Origin: a virus
Taxonomy: Duplodnaviria > Caudoviricetes
DNA: 26,702 nucleotides
Virus record (IMG/VR): IMGVR_UViG_3300029171_000043
Coordinates: 1 to 26,702 of that record
Direction: 5' to 3' (one strand)
The notes beneath the pieces were generated by a model that worked only from the letters and a program-made list of their open reading frames with translations, did not search any database and was not told where the DNA came from. The translations under genes and the position numbers were made by a program. Shown in pieces: positions 16,729 through 25,247 of the stretch. The stretch's first letter is position 1, and the number at the start of each line of letters is the position of its first letter.

Positions 16729-18993
16729 TTATGGATTTAAATAATTTCTATCAATTTGTTGTTGTATAGGTATACTTACACCATTTGAGCCTAGAGTTAT
16801 ATCTTCAAGTAGGATATATTGATATTCCAAGTGATGAACCACAATATCCACAGTAGTATCACCAGTGTAGTTGTAATTATATATAAATGTATCAGTGCTA
16901 TTTTCAACACCAGCCAATTCCACATATGCTGGTTTGCTAAAAATCCTTACTTCACTATCTAATTGTAAATCTGTTAACTCTAATGTTTTTGAGTTATTAA
17001 TTACAGTGGTTCCACCGCTTATATTAATATATGTAACTGGATTTGCACCATTGATGGCTTCAATAGTTAAAGTTCCTCCAGTTGAGGCGTTTTCTATATC
17101 ATAAGTGTTTCCGTCAAAAACATTTCCATCCATAGTAACTGAGCCAGATACTGTAAATCTTATCGCTCTATTATTGCTAGAAAATGTACAATTTGTAACT
17201 CCTGAAAACTCTGTTGTAGAAGTTATAATTAAAGCTGCAGTGTCAATACTACTAGAAATTGTACATTGGTCTAATCTCATACCTCTTAAATTTATCTCGC
17301 CACAGGCATTAAATATAGTTCCAGATAACAAAATTTGCCCTATTGTATTAATTGGTTTAGCGCCAATAATTTGAAGTCCAGAAAAATCATATGAAGCAAT
17401 TGTGCTAGAACCAGAATGAAAACCCCAGTGATAAGGAGACAAGGAAGACACAACGGAGTTTCTGTGCTTGATTGTATCGCTTGGGCCAGCCCAATATGTA
17501 ATACCAGCTACACCATTAGCAGAACAATAATTCACTTGAGAAGTTACCCTATTGTAAATTCTTGGAAATTCTATAGCTGTAGCATTGAGGTCTAAATATG
17601 TTGTTTCAGTACCTCCACTACCTATTCTAAGCGGTTGATAAATAATGGCTTGAGAACCACCTTGTTGAACGACTGACTTCCTTTCATGTCCATCTGAAGC
17701 CGCTTTAACTATACCAGGAATATCAATTGGTGTATTCGAACTTCCACCACAAACTGTTGTTGTGTCTAAGACCCACAAAGAGTAAAAATCCCAAACAGTT
17801 GTTGAAACTCCACCGCCAGAAACCGCAAAACCAAATATGTCTATGGCTGCAAAGTTTGTAGATCCAGTGGTGTGTAAAATACCAGTTGCGTTTTGTGAGT
17901 TTACAATTAAAGGCACATCTCGTTGATAACCAAATGGTGTTCCTTTACCGTGAACATGCCATGCAGACCAGTTACCAGCAGTGGATCTCATAGCAAATAA
18001 TATCCCCTTTCTTGCAGTGGCTGGTCCAATATTTTGAATTTGCCCAGGAGTTGATGGACCTGTGTGAACAATAACGTTTTTACCAGTGACATTTACGTTG
18101 TTTGCAACCGCTAAATCCAAAGCTACACCGCCCCAGTTTTTAGAAGCTGAAATTGAAGTTACACGAGCAGCGGAATGATAAGAGTTAATACCAACGTCAG
18201 CTTGTGCAGCAAGAGTAGCATCAGCTGCTGTGACACCACAAATAGAAACTCCAAAGTTGGTGTCAAATGTTGTAGCCATTGCCGCATTTGAGTTAAAAGC
18301 CGTTGTGCCATTTAATGGATCTATATATATTGATGAATCTTCTGCACAAAAAGCTGGAATTTCAGTTGCACCAGAAGACGGTGGAGATATTTGTAAAACC
18401 ATTTTTATTCCTGATCCAGTTCCAACCACAGAACAAGTAACATTCGACGGTGTAAGACCAGTACCAGTTTTATAACCCCAACCAACACCAGAAGCCTGAG
18501 CAGTTCCATCTTCTCCATTCAACAAAGAAACTGGGCCTTCAATAAGCGAAGGAACACTAACCGCAGAGTTTGATACGGCGTAAATCAACATACTGTTTGC
18601 CACAGAAGTTGTAATTTGTGGCATTTGATATTTAGAAGCTGCACCCTGAGTGGCCATAGCAAAATTATTTGTTGGACCAAACGGGTTTGTCACATTTACG
18701 TCACGTATTGATATAATACAACCATTAAATGTCTCTGATACAGTTGTTTGAAATGGACTTTCATCTGGCTCTGAAGCTGTAGCAATTTTATAAAGTATCG
18801 CAAGTTGAGAAGTGTTTGTTCTAGCTGACAATACGCTCCACCCAGAACTACCAGACCACACACCAGAACCAGTATCGACAGCAATAATCGCTAATAACAA
18901 ATCACTCTGCTCATATGAAGGTGTGGGAATAGCAAAAAACGTTCCAGATGTGGAAGTTTGCAAATTTGAAGAGTATCCTACTATTCTTGGCAT
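16729..18993 (-). CDS. Putative virion surface protein, 754 aa (beta-sandwich N-terminus, beta-helix-like segment, ends DRNYLNP)
   Basis: DLLLAIIAV...SGWSVL...ILYKIATASEP at the N-terminus; LDQCTI, VTNCTF and MDGNVF beta-helix-like repeats; LELTDLQLDSEVRIF C-terminal domain. Confidence 0.7.
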   Translation of the reverse strand: MPRIVGYSSNLQTSTSGTFFAIPTPSYEQSDLLLAIIAVDTGSGVWSGSSGWSVLSARTNTSQLAILYKIATASEPDESPFQTTVSETFNGCIISIRDVNVTNPFGPTNNFAMATQGAASKYQMPQITTSVANSMLIYAVSNSAVSVPSLIEGPVSLLNGEDGTAQASGVGWGYKTGTGLTPSNVTCSVVGTGSGIKMVLQISPPSSGATEIPAFCAEDSSIYIDPLNGTTAFNSNAAMATTFDTNFGVSICGVTAADATLAAQADVGINSYHSAARVTSISASKNWGGVALDLAVANNVNVTGKNVIVHTGPSTPGQIQNIGPATARKGILFAMRSTAGNWSAWHVHGKGTPFGYQRDVPLIVNSQNATGILHTTGSTNFAAIDIFGFAVSGGGVSTTVWDFYSLWVLDTTTVCGGSSNTPIDIPGIVKAASDGHERKSVVQQGGSQAIIYQPLRIGSGGTETTYLDLNATAIEFPRIYNRVTSQVNYCSANGVAGITYWAGPSDTIKHRNSVVSSLSPYHWGFHSGSSTIASYDFSGLQIIGAKPINTIGQILLSGTIFNACGEINLRGMRLDQCTISSSIDTAALIITSTTEFSGVTNCTFSSNNRAIRFTVSGSVTMDGNVFDGNTYDIENASTGGTLTIEAINGANPVTYINISGGTTVINNSKTLELTDLQLDSEVRIFSKPAYVELAGVENSTDTFIYNYNYTGDTTVDIVVHHLEYQYILLEDITLGSNGVSIPIQQQIDRNYLNP

Positions 18994-19005
18994 TTAGTCT
19001 TTTTT

Positions 19006-19012
19006 ATAAATA
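19006..19012 (-). promoter_or_regulatory. TATTTAT putative late promoter
   Basis: 12 nt before ATG 18993. Confidence 0.6.
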
Positions 19013-19030
19013 TTAATATTTTATTTTTGT

Positions 19031-19600
19031 TTAATCGCTTATTGTCCAACCAGTTATTTTATTTTCTGAATTTCTACCAAACACAAAATTCCTTATTCCA
19101 AGTGTACCATTATCCTTTGTCAGTCCAGTAATAGAGTTGTTTACATCTCTACCAATTACTATTAACGTTCCTTTTGGTGTAACCACACTATCAATAACCG
19201 TGGACGAACTTATTGTACCAGAACCAATCACAGAGTTAAAGTTTGATATCCCGCTCACATAAATAGAATCTATGGTTAACCCAGATATATTTATCGTTGG
19301 CTTAGAAACAGTTCCACCAGTGTATGTGTTTACTCCACCCTGAACCAAAGTTGTTAATCCTGTAACAATATTTTCATTAAAAATATTTGTAATAACCGTG
19401 GTTAAATTATTTGACCCAGAGAAAATGGTGTCGGCTGATAAATTACCACCAATTTGTATATGGCCAGAAATAGTATCTCCAGTTGTATTAACAAACATAT
19501 CGTGAACAGATAGCAAATCTGGACCGACATAAATGGTCATAGAACTAAGCGTGTTAGAACTAAAATTACCAGCAATTATTTCATCTACATGTAAACTCAT
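19031..19600 (-). CDS. Short fibre-like protein with one shared shaft module, 189 aa
   Basis: LSADTIFSGSNNL...TLVQGGVNTYTGGTVSKPTINISG. Confidence 0.7.
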   Translation of the reverse strand: MSLHVDEIIAGNFSSNTLSSMTIYVGPDLLSVHDMFVNTTGDTISGHIQIGGNLSADTIFSGSNNLTTVITNIFNENIVTGLTTLVQGGVNTYTGGTVSKPTINISGLTIDSIYVSGISNFNSVIGSGTISSSTVIDSVVTPKGTLIVIGRDVNNSITGLTKDNGTLGIRNFVFGRNSENKITGWTISD

Positions 19601-19602
19601 TT

Positions 19603-20973
19603 TTATCTATAACCCTCCCCTATTTCACAGCAATTCCAAAAAACACTTGAAGAAAACGCTGTACTTGAATTAGAACTAATTGTAAAACCACTAGCTGTTC
19701 TACTCTCAATTGACCATGTTCTGTTTATTTCACCAGTTACATTTATTGAATATAAATTATTTGCAAATGGTGTTGCAAATGTTACAGTTGACTTTCTTGG
19801 AGATCCAACAAATGTGCTTCCAGAAAGTAAACCTGCTTTCTGTAATAAATACCCACTTTTTCTATGAAATACATCGTTAAGATTTGTTGACCCAGAATAT
19901 AATGTTCCACCAGAAACTGTTGTTGCACTTAAATAGGTAAGTGTAGCAGCAGAAACATTAACTGTTGGTGCAGAACTTGTTCCACCAGTGTATGTGTTTA
20001 AACCTGGCTGAACATATGTTGAGGATCCGCCAACAGAAAGATTTTCTATTATTGTTTGTAGCGGTGTTGAACCAGAATAAAATGTTCCACCAGAAATTGT
20101 GGCACCTGAAATGTTTTGTGCAAGATTTATTGTAGGGGCGCTTGCGGTTCCACCTGTATTTATAAACAAACCTGGTTGAACCCTTGTTATATCATTTCCA
20201 TCATTTGTGGTTAAAAATATATCATATAGGTTTGTAGAACCAGAGTAAAGTGTTCCACCAGAAACTGTTGTTGCACTTAAATAGTGCAATGTTGCAGCAG
20301 ACACATTTACAGATGGAGCAGAACTCGTTCCACCAGTGTACGTATTTAATCCTGGTTGTAAAAATGTTGATGGTCCCCCAGAGCCTATAGTTGCAAAAAC
20401 ACTATAAAGGTCTGTGTTTCCTGAATAAATACTTGTTGCAGATAAAGAAGAGGCTGAAACAGAATTAAATTGCCCTAAACCAGATAGAGTTAAATTGTTA
20501 AATGAGGGACTTTCAACAACACCAATAATGGGCGCATTAACAGTTCCAGCCGTATTAATGTTGGACCCAGGTTGAACACGGACTATGTCTCCATGAGATC
20601 CTAATGTAGAAAAAATTTGATATAAATCTGTGCCACCAGAGTATATAGTATCTCCAGAAATTGAGGTGGCACTAAGCCACGATAACGTAGCCGCTGAGAT
20701 ATTAACCGTTGGACTTGTTAAAGTTCCGCCAGTGTAAGTGTTTAATCCACCTCTAATAAAGGTTGTTGCACCTGAACCAATAGTTCCAATTGGGGCAAAT
20801 ATATTATACAAATCAGCAGATCCAATAAAAATTGTATCCGCTGAAAAATTACCATTTACATAAAGCGATCTTGTGTCTCCAGAACCATCTAAAACTGTGT
20901 CTCCAGATGTTATTTGAAGTAATCTCGGATATGTTTCTGATATTCGTTGACCATATAAAGAATATTGACTCAC
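19603..20973 (-). CDS. Repetitive fibre protein, 456 aa, with small C-terminal beta domain (H-lectin-like tail-fibre tip)
   Basis: GTG start; about five tandem (V/L)QPGxN.xTGGT..AP.VN + SATT.SGGT.YSGST.L units; C-terminus VTFATPFANNLYSI...RTASGFTI...VFW. Confidence 0.75.
   Translation of the reverse strand: MSQYSLYGQRISETYPRLLQITSGDTVLDGSGDTRSLYVNGNFSADTIFIGSADLYNIFAPIGTIGSGATTFIRGGLNTYTGGTLTSPTVNISAATLSWLSATSISGDTIYSGGTDLYQIFSTLGSHGDIVRVQPGSNINTAGTVNAPIIGVVESPSFNNLTLSGLGQFNSVSASSLSATSIYSGNTDLYSVFATIGSGGPSTFLQPGLNTYTGGTSSAPSVNVSAATLHYLSATTVSGGTLYSGSTNLYDIFLTTNDGNDITRVQPGLFINTGGTASAPTINLAQNISGATISGGTFYSGSTPLQTIIENLSVGGSSTYVQPGLNTYTGGTSSAPTVNVSAATLTYLSATTVSGGTLYSGSTNLNDVFHRKSGYLLQKAGLLSGSTFVGSPRKSTVTFATPFANNLYSINVTGEINRTWSIESRTASGFTISSNSSTAFSSSVFWNCCEIGEGYR
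19883..20370. repeat. Imperfect ~140-bp direct repeat pair (19883-20022 and 20231-20370) inside the fibre gene
   Basis: Offset 348 nt (116 codons). Includes an identical 34-mer, tgttccaccagaaactgttgttgcacttaaatag, at 19903 and 20251. Confidence 0.9.
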
Positions 20974-20994
20974 CTTTAAACATTAAAATTAAGT

Positions 20995-21618
20995 CTACTT
21001 TGCAATAAAATCAATAATATTCCTTACAAACAGTCTTTTGTTTTCGTAGCTATTAATCTTATATTTTTCCGCAGTTTCAGTAATGATTTTTTCAAACTTT
21101 TTTTCGTTTTGTTTGAAGTTCATTAAAGTAATATTATTTTCTTTTAGTTTTCTAACTGCTTCTTGTACACTTCCCTCTTTTAATGAATTGGTGATTTCTT
21201 TTTGTATTACAGAGTCTATGCTTTCTTTTACAGTTTTTGGTGTTGATTCTGGGGTGTTTGTTACAATTATCTTTGGCTTGTTATTTATGAGAATGTTTTC
21301 CTTTGATTTCTCTTTTACCTCTACAGTTACACTTTTACTTTTCTTTACAGTAAAACTATCTTCCCATGGAGTAAAAAAAGAGTCATCAGCAATCACCTCA
21401 AGTCTAACAGTTCCTTCTTCTCCTTCGTTTAAAATATTTAATTTACTAATATCAATAGAGCACTTTCCATCATCATCAACATCTCCATAAAAAACAAGGT
21501 TCCAATTTTTACCCTCTAACACAAGTCTAGCTTTGGTAGTTTTAGGTTCTGGTCCTTCTTCGTTAACAACTTTAACATTACACTCAAAGAGCTTTGTTTT
21601 ATCTGTATATACTATCAT
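20995..21618 (-). CDS. Hypothetical protein, 207 aa (beta-rich N-half, charged helical C-half)
   Basis: ATGA overlap with the upstream gene. It is the only full-length gene here ending in TAG, followed by ACT TAA. Confidence 0.8.
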   Translation of the reverse strand: MIVYTDKTKLFECNVKVVNEEGPEPKTTKARLVLEGKNWNLVFYGDVDDDGKCSIDISKLNILNEGEEGTVRLEVIADDSFFTPWEDSFTVKKSKSVTVEVKEKSKENILINNKPKIIVTNTPESTPKTVKESIDSVIQKEITNSLKEGSVQEAVRKLKENNITLMNFKQNEKKFEKIITETAEKYKINSYENKRLFVRNIIDFIAK

Positions 21619-22010
21619 TTTATTACTACGTTTTTAATTTCTACTCTCATTTTTCCTTTTGAAACGTGTTTCAATTTCCACTCTGCCTCACTTGGTAAAA
21701 GATCCATTTTTCTCACTTCTGTCACCACAAAATCTCCACCCATTTCAACTCTAAACCTCTTATTGATGTAGTTTTCTTGTTCAAAAACTTCATCATCTAC
21801 CACACAAATAAGCTTAATTGTCTTAAGTTTCTTTGGTTGCCATTTGAGCTTATCTTTATCAATTTGCCTCCTTTTAGGGTGCGTTCTGACAAAAGCATTG
21901 GTTGGACGACCACTTTCAACCTGAACTGCGGTGATCTCCACCACATAATTCCATGTGTATGGGTTATCACTCCAAATTAAGTCAGCATCTGTCCAAGAAA
22001 TGTGCCTCAT
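21615..22010 (-). CDS. Hypothetical protein, 131 aa, Trp-repeat N-terminus
   Basis: WTDADLIWSDNPYTW; coupled to the downstream gene; TATTTAT upstream. Confidence 0.75.
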   Translation of the reverse strand: MRHISWTDADLIWSDNPYTWNYVVEITAVQVESGRPTNAFVRTHPKRRQIDKDKLKWQPKKLKTIKLICVVDDEVFEQENYINKRFRVEMGGDFVVTEVRKMDLLPSEAEWKLKHVSKGKMRVEIKNVVIK

Positions 22011-22022
22011 GACATTTTACAA

Positions 22023-22029
22023 ATAAATA
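22023..22029 (-). promoter_or_regulatory. TATTTAT putative late promoter
   Basis: 12 nt before ATG 22010. Confidence 0.6.
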
Positions 22030-22069
22030 GTCAGGTATTTTGAATATTACTTATAAAAAATAGCTATTT

Positions 22070-22549
22070 TTAATCAAAACAACCGTTGATAATGACCAAA
22101 CCCCTATATACCAAATTAGCTGTTGCGTCAGCAACTGGCATTTTTAATATTATGTGACAATAAGTCCCAGGCTCAACTAACAATGGAGATCTAAAAGTAG
22201 AATCTATACTTGGCGTTGCCATAGCTCCAATTGGAGCACCAACTATAAGCGACTGAACTCCAAGCCCCAATTTTCTTGAGGCCATTGAACCAGCCGTTAA
22301 CGAATCTGATGTTGCTAAAGAAACAGCAGTCCCACCAGTTGCAAAATTACTTCCTACTTGCACAACTGTGTCAACAGCCGAAGCAGCAGCATTCGCAATG
22401 GAAATTATTGTGGTGCTTAAGTTTGTTGTTCCAGAAAACAATGTTGTTGCACTTATTGAAGTGCTGCTAATTGTTGTCGCTATTGCTGAACCTGTAATGC
22501 TTAAAGACCCCTATATACGTTCAGCGTTTATATTTGGTTGTGTTGCCAT
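22070..22549 (-). pseudogene. Fibre-module gene interrupted by an in-frame TAG at codon 13 (pseudogene or read-through gene, 159 aa)
   Basis: ATG 22549 overlaps the upstream stop (TAATG). It reads MATQPNINAERI*GSLSITGSAIATTISSTSISATTLFSGTTNLSTTII..., in frame with track ORF 22070..22441. Confidence 0.75.
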
Positions 22550-23427
22550 TATTTTCTATTTAGGTTTTTTTGAAATTGTGTTATTATATTTTTTAAAACA
22601 GAAACTTCATCACTAGTACAACCACTACCAATACCTACATAACCAAGCCTTGTTTTTTTTGCGTAATTTGAAATACTTCCATTATCATTTAATGCCAGCA
22701 AAGGAAAAAATCTGCTGCTTAATCCTCCAGAAACTCTTGAAACGGCGTTGTTAGTTGTGTCATTGTATTGAGTAAAAGAGCTTGAATCAACCCTATTGCT
22801 TAATAGAAAATGCGATCTAGTTGATGGTATATTTATGAAGGTACAATTTACAGCGTTGTCTACTGGGTTTGAAGTTGCGGTTGCACGAATGTATAAACCT
22901 GAGTTGGTCTCAAAAATCCCCATCTCATATTCATCAAGTAATTTTAAGTTGGCATATCTAAAAATTGAAGTATTGTTTCTGTTCAAAGAGCTATTTGGTA
23001 TAACAAATGTATGTGCATACGCAAAAGCACCACCTTGTACGCCACTAAAACTATGCGTTATAGCCGAAGAAGCAGTTGATGACGTGCCAGTCCAAATGAT
23101 TCTAAAAGCAGAATTTGAATCTTCTGGGTTTTTTAAGTTGTATTTGTGCGAAGCGGCTGTGCCACCAATAAAGGGATAAAGGGCAATGTATTTATTCCAA
23201 AAATCATAAGTATTATTAATTCGCCCTATTCCTTTTAAATCTTTTATGTGTTCATCTAAAAAATACCAAAGTTTTTTACCAGTTAAAGTACCATAAATTG
23301 TTGAATCATAGCTTATTGTTGCAGAAGACATAAAAGCAATTGTTTCAGGCAAAAATTCAGACAATTGATAATTACATAATTTATTGTTGTAATTACACAC
23401 TTTACTGTTATATGTAAGTAAGCTCAT
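22549..23427 (-). CDS. Hypothetical virion-associated protein, 292 aa (helical N-part + lectin-like beta domain)
   Basis: WNKYIALYPFIGGTAASHKYNLKNP and a C-terminal IGSGCTSDEV...ITQFQKNLNR; embedded in the fibre operon. Confidence 0.7.
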   Translation of the reverse strand: MSLLTYNSKVCNYNNKLCNYQLSEFLPETIAFMSSATISYDSTIYGTLTGKKLWYFLDEHIKDLKGIGRINNTYDFWNKYIALYPFIGGTAASHKYNLKNPEDSNSAFRIIWTGTSSTASSAITHSFSGVQGGAFAYAHTFVIPNSSLNRNNTSIFRYANLKLLDEYEMGIFETNSGLYIRATATSNPVDNAVNCTFINIPSTRSHFLLSNRVDSSSFTQYNDTTNNAVSRVSGGLSSRFFPLLALNDNGSISNYAKKTRLGYVGIGSGCTSDEVSVLKNIITQFQKNLNRK

Positions 23428-23429
23428 TT

Positions 23430-24104
23430 TTAACCTCTTATTAATCTTATAAATACATCATCTGCAACCGCCTTATAGAAGTAATTGCTGTCATAATATT
23501 CTTGCCCCTGAAAAGTACCTGTAATTGTTGCTCCAGTGTAAGTTCCAGTGATATCCCAGTTTGAAGCGGTGCTTAATAAAGAAGTAACTCCAGTTGCTGT
23601 AATGAATGCTGAAATAATTTCTTTTGTCGCTACCAGAGTTCCACCGCTTGTTGCTTCAACCATTCTGGTTAAACCAGTAGAAGTTAAAGAATTTGATTGT
23701 ATTGTCGTTGCGCTTAAACCTGTTGATGTCACTGCAGCAAACTGACCTGCCCCAGACAAGGTCAATGAGTTTAAACTTGGTGATGCAGCTACACTTATAG
23801 TTGGCGCAGTTTGTGTTCCACCAGTTGAAATATTTGAACCAGCGTTAACAGATAAAACAACGTTTTGCACAACCAATGTTGGAGCATTTACAGTTCCACC
23901 TGTTACAATTGTTGCACTTCCTTGTACTCTTGTGAAATCACCAGTGGCAGCAGCCACATTTATAATTGTTGTGCTTAAATTGGTTGTTCCAGAAAACAAT
24001 GTTGTTGCAGAAACACTTTGTGTAAACAAGGTATTTCCAGTCACCGTTCCACCTGAAAGATTCAAAAAAACTCTATGTAAAGGGTTAAAATAGTTACCAG
24101 GCAT
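23430..24104 (-). CDS. Short fibre-like protein with shared shaft modules, 224 aa
   Basis: FLNLSGGTVTG; SATTLFSGTTNLSTTII...TRVQGS...TGGTVNAPT; AGSNISTGGTQTAPTISVAASPS. Confidence 0.75.
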   Translation of the reverse strand: MPGNYFNPLHRVFLNLSGGTVTGNTLFTQSVSATTLFSGTTNLSTTIINVAAATGDFTRVQGSATIVTGGTVNAPTLVVQNVVLSVNAGSNISTGGTQTAPTISVAASPSLNSLTLSGAGQFAAVTSTGLSATTIQSNSLTSTGLTRMVEATSGGTLVATKEIISAFITATGVTSLLSTASNWDITGTYTGATITGTFQGQEYYDSNYFYKAVADDVFIRLIRG

Positions 24105-24125
24105 CTATTGAAAAATTATTTTTTC

Positions 24126-24132
24126 ATAAATA
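24126..24132 (-). promoter_or_regulatory. TATTTAT putative late promoter (leftward arm of divergent region)
   Basis: 21 nt before ATG 24104. Confidence 0.6.
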
Positions 24133-24227
24133 GATTATAAAAAAAGTTATATAATAAAAATTGTGCTATTTAAGTTGCTTTAACTTTTTTATTCTTTTAA
24201 TCAAATTAAAAAAAATTTTTTTCTACG

Positions 24228-24234
24228 TATTTAT
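24228..24234 (+). promoter_or_regulatory. TATTTAT putative late promoter (tail tube)
   Basis: 30 nt before ATG 24265; the motif switches strand with the gene. Confidence 0.6.
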
Positions 24235-24264
24235 TTAAAACAAAGAAAACTTAAAACAACAACT

Positions 24265-24753
24265 ATGGCAGATATGTTCAGACCAGTTCCTATTGAACAG
24301 GAACCTAAAAGAAAAAATAGATTTCAACTTTCGTTTCCTACAGAGCTTGGAATTGACTCATTTCTAGTTCAAACTTCTGGAAAACCAAAAATCACAATTG
24401 AATCCACAGAAATCATGTATATGAATGGAAGTGATTGGGTTGCTGGTCGTTCAAAATGGGAGCCAATTGAAATAAAATTTATTGATGTAATCGGACCATC
24501 TACTACTCAGAAAATTATGGAATGGGTAAGACTTCACTATGAATCTACAACAGGTCGTATGGGTTATGCGGTTGGTTACAAGAAAAACCTTGTATTAACA
24601 GCACTTGATCCTACTGGTATTGACGTAGAAAAATGGACTCTTATTGGTTGCATGATTACTGATGCTTCTTTCGGAGAAAACGACTATGGTTCATCAGACC
24701 TTCAAGAGGTAACAATTACCGTTCAACCTTCTAGATGTATATTAGCAGCTTAA
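24265..24753 (+). CDS. Tail tube protein, T4 gp19-like
   Basis: EPKRKNRF, AGRSKWEPIEIKF.D, IMEW, YKKNLVL..LDPTG..VEKWTL.GC.IT...FG..DY; 162 aa. Confidence 0.88.
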   Translation: MADMFRPVPIEQEPKRKNRFQLSFPTELGIDSFLVQTSGKPKITIESTEIMYMNGSDWVAGRSKWEPIEIKFIDVIGPSTTQKIMEWVRLHYESTTGRMGYAVGYKKNLVLTALDPTGIDVEKWTLIGCMITDASFGENDYGSSDLQEVTITVQPSRCILAA

Positions 24754-24786
24754 TCACTGCCAATTTATAAATCAACTTAGAAAACC

Positions 24787-24825
24787 TTGGGAATTGCATG
24801 CCTTGCAATATTCTCAATGTTTTTT
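24787..24825 (+). terminator. Probable intrinsic terminator after the tail tube gene
   Basis: TTGGGAAT-TGCA[TGCCT]TGCA-(AT bulge)-ATTCTCAA followed by TGTTTTTT. Confidence 0.5.
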
Positions 24826-24837
24826 AATGTAATCAAC

Positions 24838-25236
24838 ATGGCACTAAGACTATATAAAAAGTTTTACACAATAGTAAATGACCAAGGTTTAAACACACAA
24901 ACTTATTCCTTGCTCACCCCTTATTTTATAAACGTAAATTCTTATGTAGCTGGCACAGGAGCAACGGAGAGTGGTATCATAATAGAATCTGACATTACAA
25001 CAACAGAAGAATCTCCTGGAGTTTATTATGCATCCTTAGACCAATCACTATATTCTATTGATACAATATATGATTTAGTTTGGACAGTTCAATATCAACT
25101 TGTAGCACCTTCAAAAAAGATTAGCACAAGATTTAAATTAGCAACATCTTCAAGCACAAGAATAGTAAACCAACTAGAAGCAGAACTTGTCAGTCAAGTA
25201 ATAGAGATAGAAATATTACCAATCTATGGGTTTTGA
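24838..25236 (+). CDS. Hypothetical beta-rich (Ig-like) protein; likely start ATG 24838 (MALRLYKK)
   Basis: EESPGVYYASL...YDLVWTV. The track's TTG start at 24787 lies inside the hairpin. Confidence 0.7.
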   Translation: MALRLYKKFYTIVNDQGLNTQTYSLLTPYFINVNSYVAGTGATESGIIIESDITTTEESPGVYYASLDQSLYSIDTIYDLVWTVQYQLVAPSKKISTRFKLATSSSTRIVNQLEAELVSQVIEIEILPIYGF

Positions 25237-25247
25237 GATAAATTAAA

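Noticed and set aside
19883-20370. Repeat pair considered as a DGR template/variable region
   Set aside because: Both copies are in-frame coding repeats in one gene, mismatches are mostly third-position and not adenine-specific, and no reverse transcriptase is present in the window.
22056-22071. 16-bp perfect palindrome AAAAATAGCTATTTTT
   Set aside because: Almost all A/T, single copy and no loop; plausible by chance at this composition.
7971-23745. Many plus-strand ORFs of 60-135 aa opposite the fibre genes (e.g. 7971..8354, 13808..14095, 21083..21490, 22796..23179)
   Set aside because: They are antisense shadows of G/S/T-rich codons, fully nested in well-supported minus-strand genes, with V/P/A-biased sequence and no independent signals.
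24140-24190. 10-bp inverted repeat AAAAAAGTTA / TAACTTTTTT in the divergent intergenic region
   Set aside because: Low complexity; it encloses neither TATTTAT motif and no recombinase is nearby, so an invertible switch is unsupported.
24265-24753. Tube gene as part of a bacterial contractile injection system, or the window as giant-virus DNA
   Set aside because: T4-type portal and terminase genes in the same window indicate a tailed phage.
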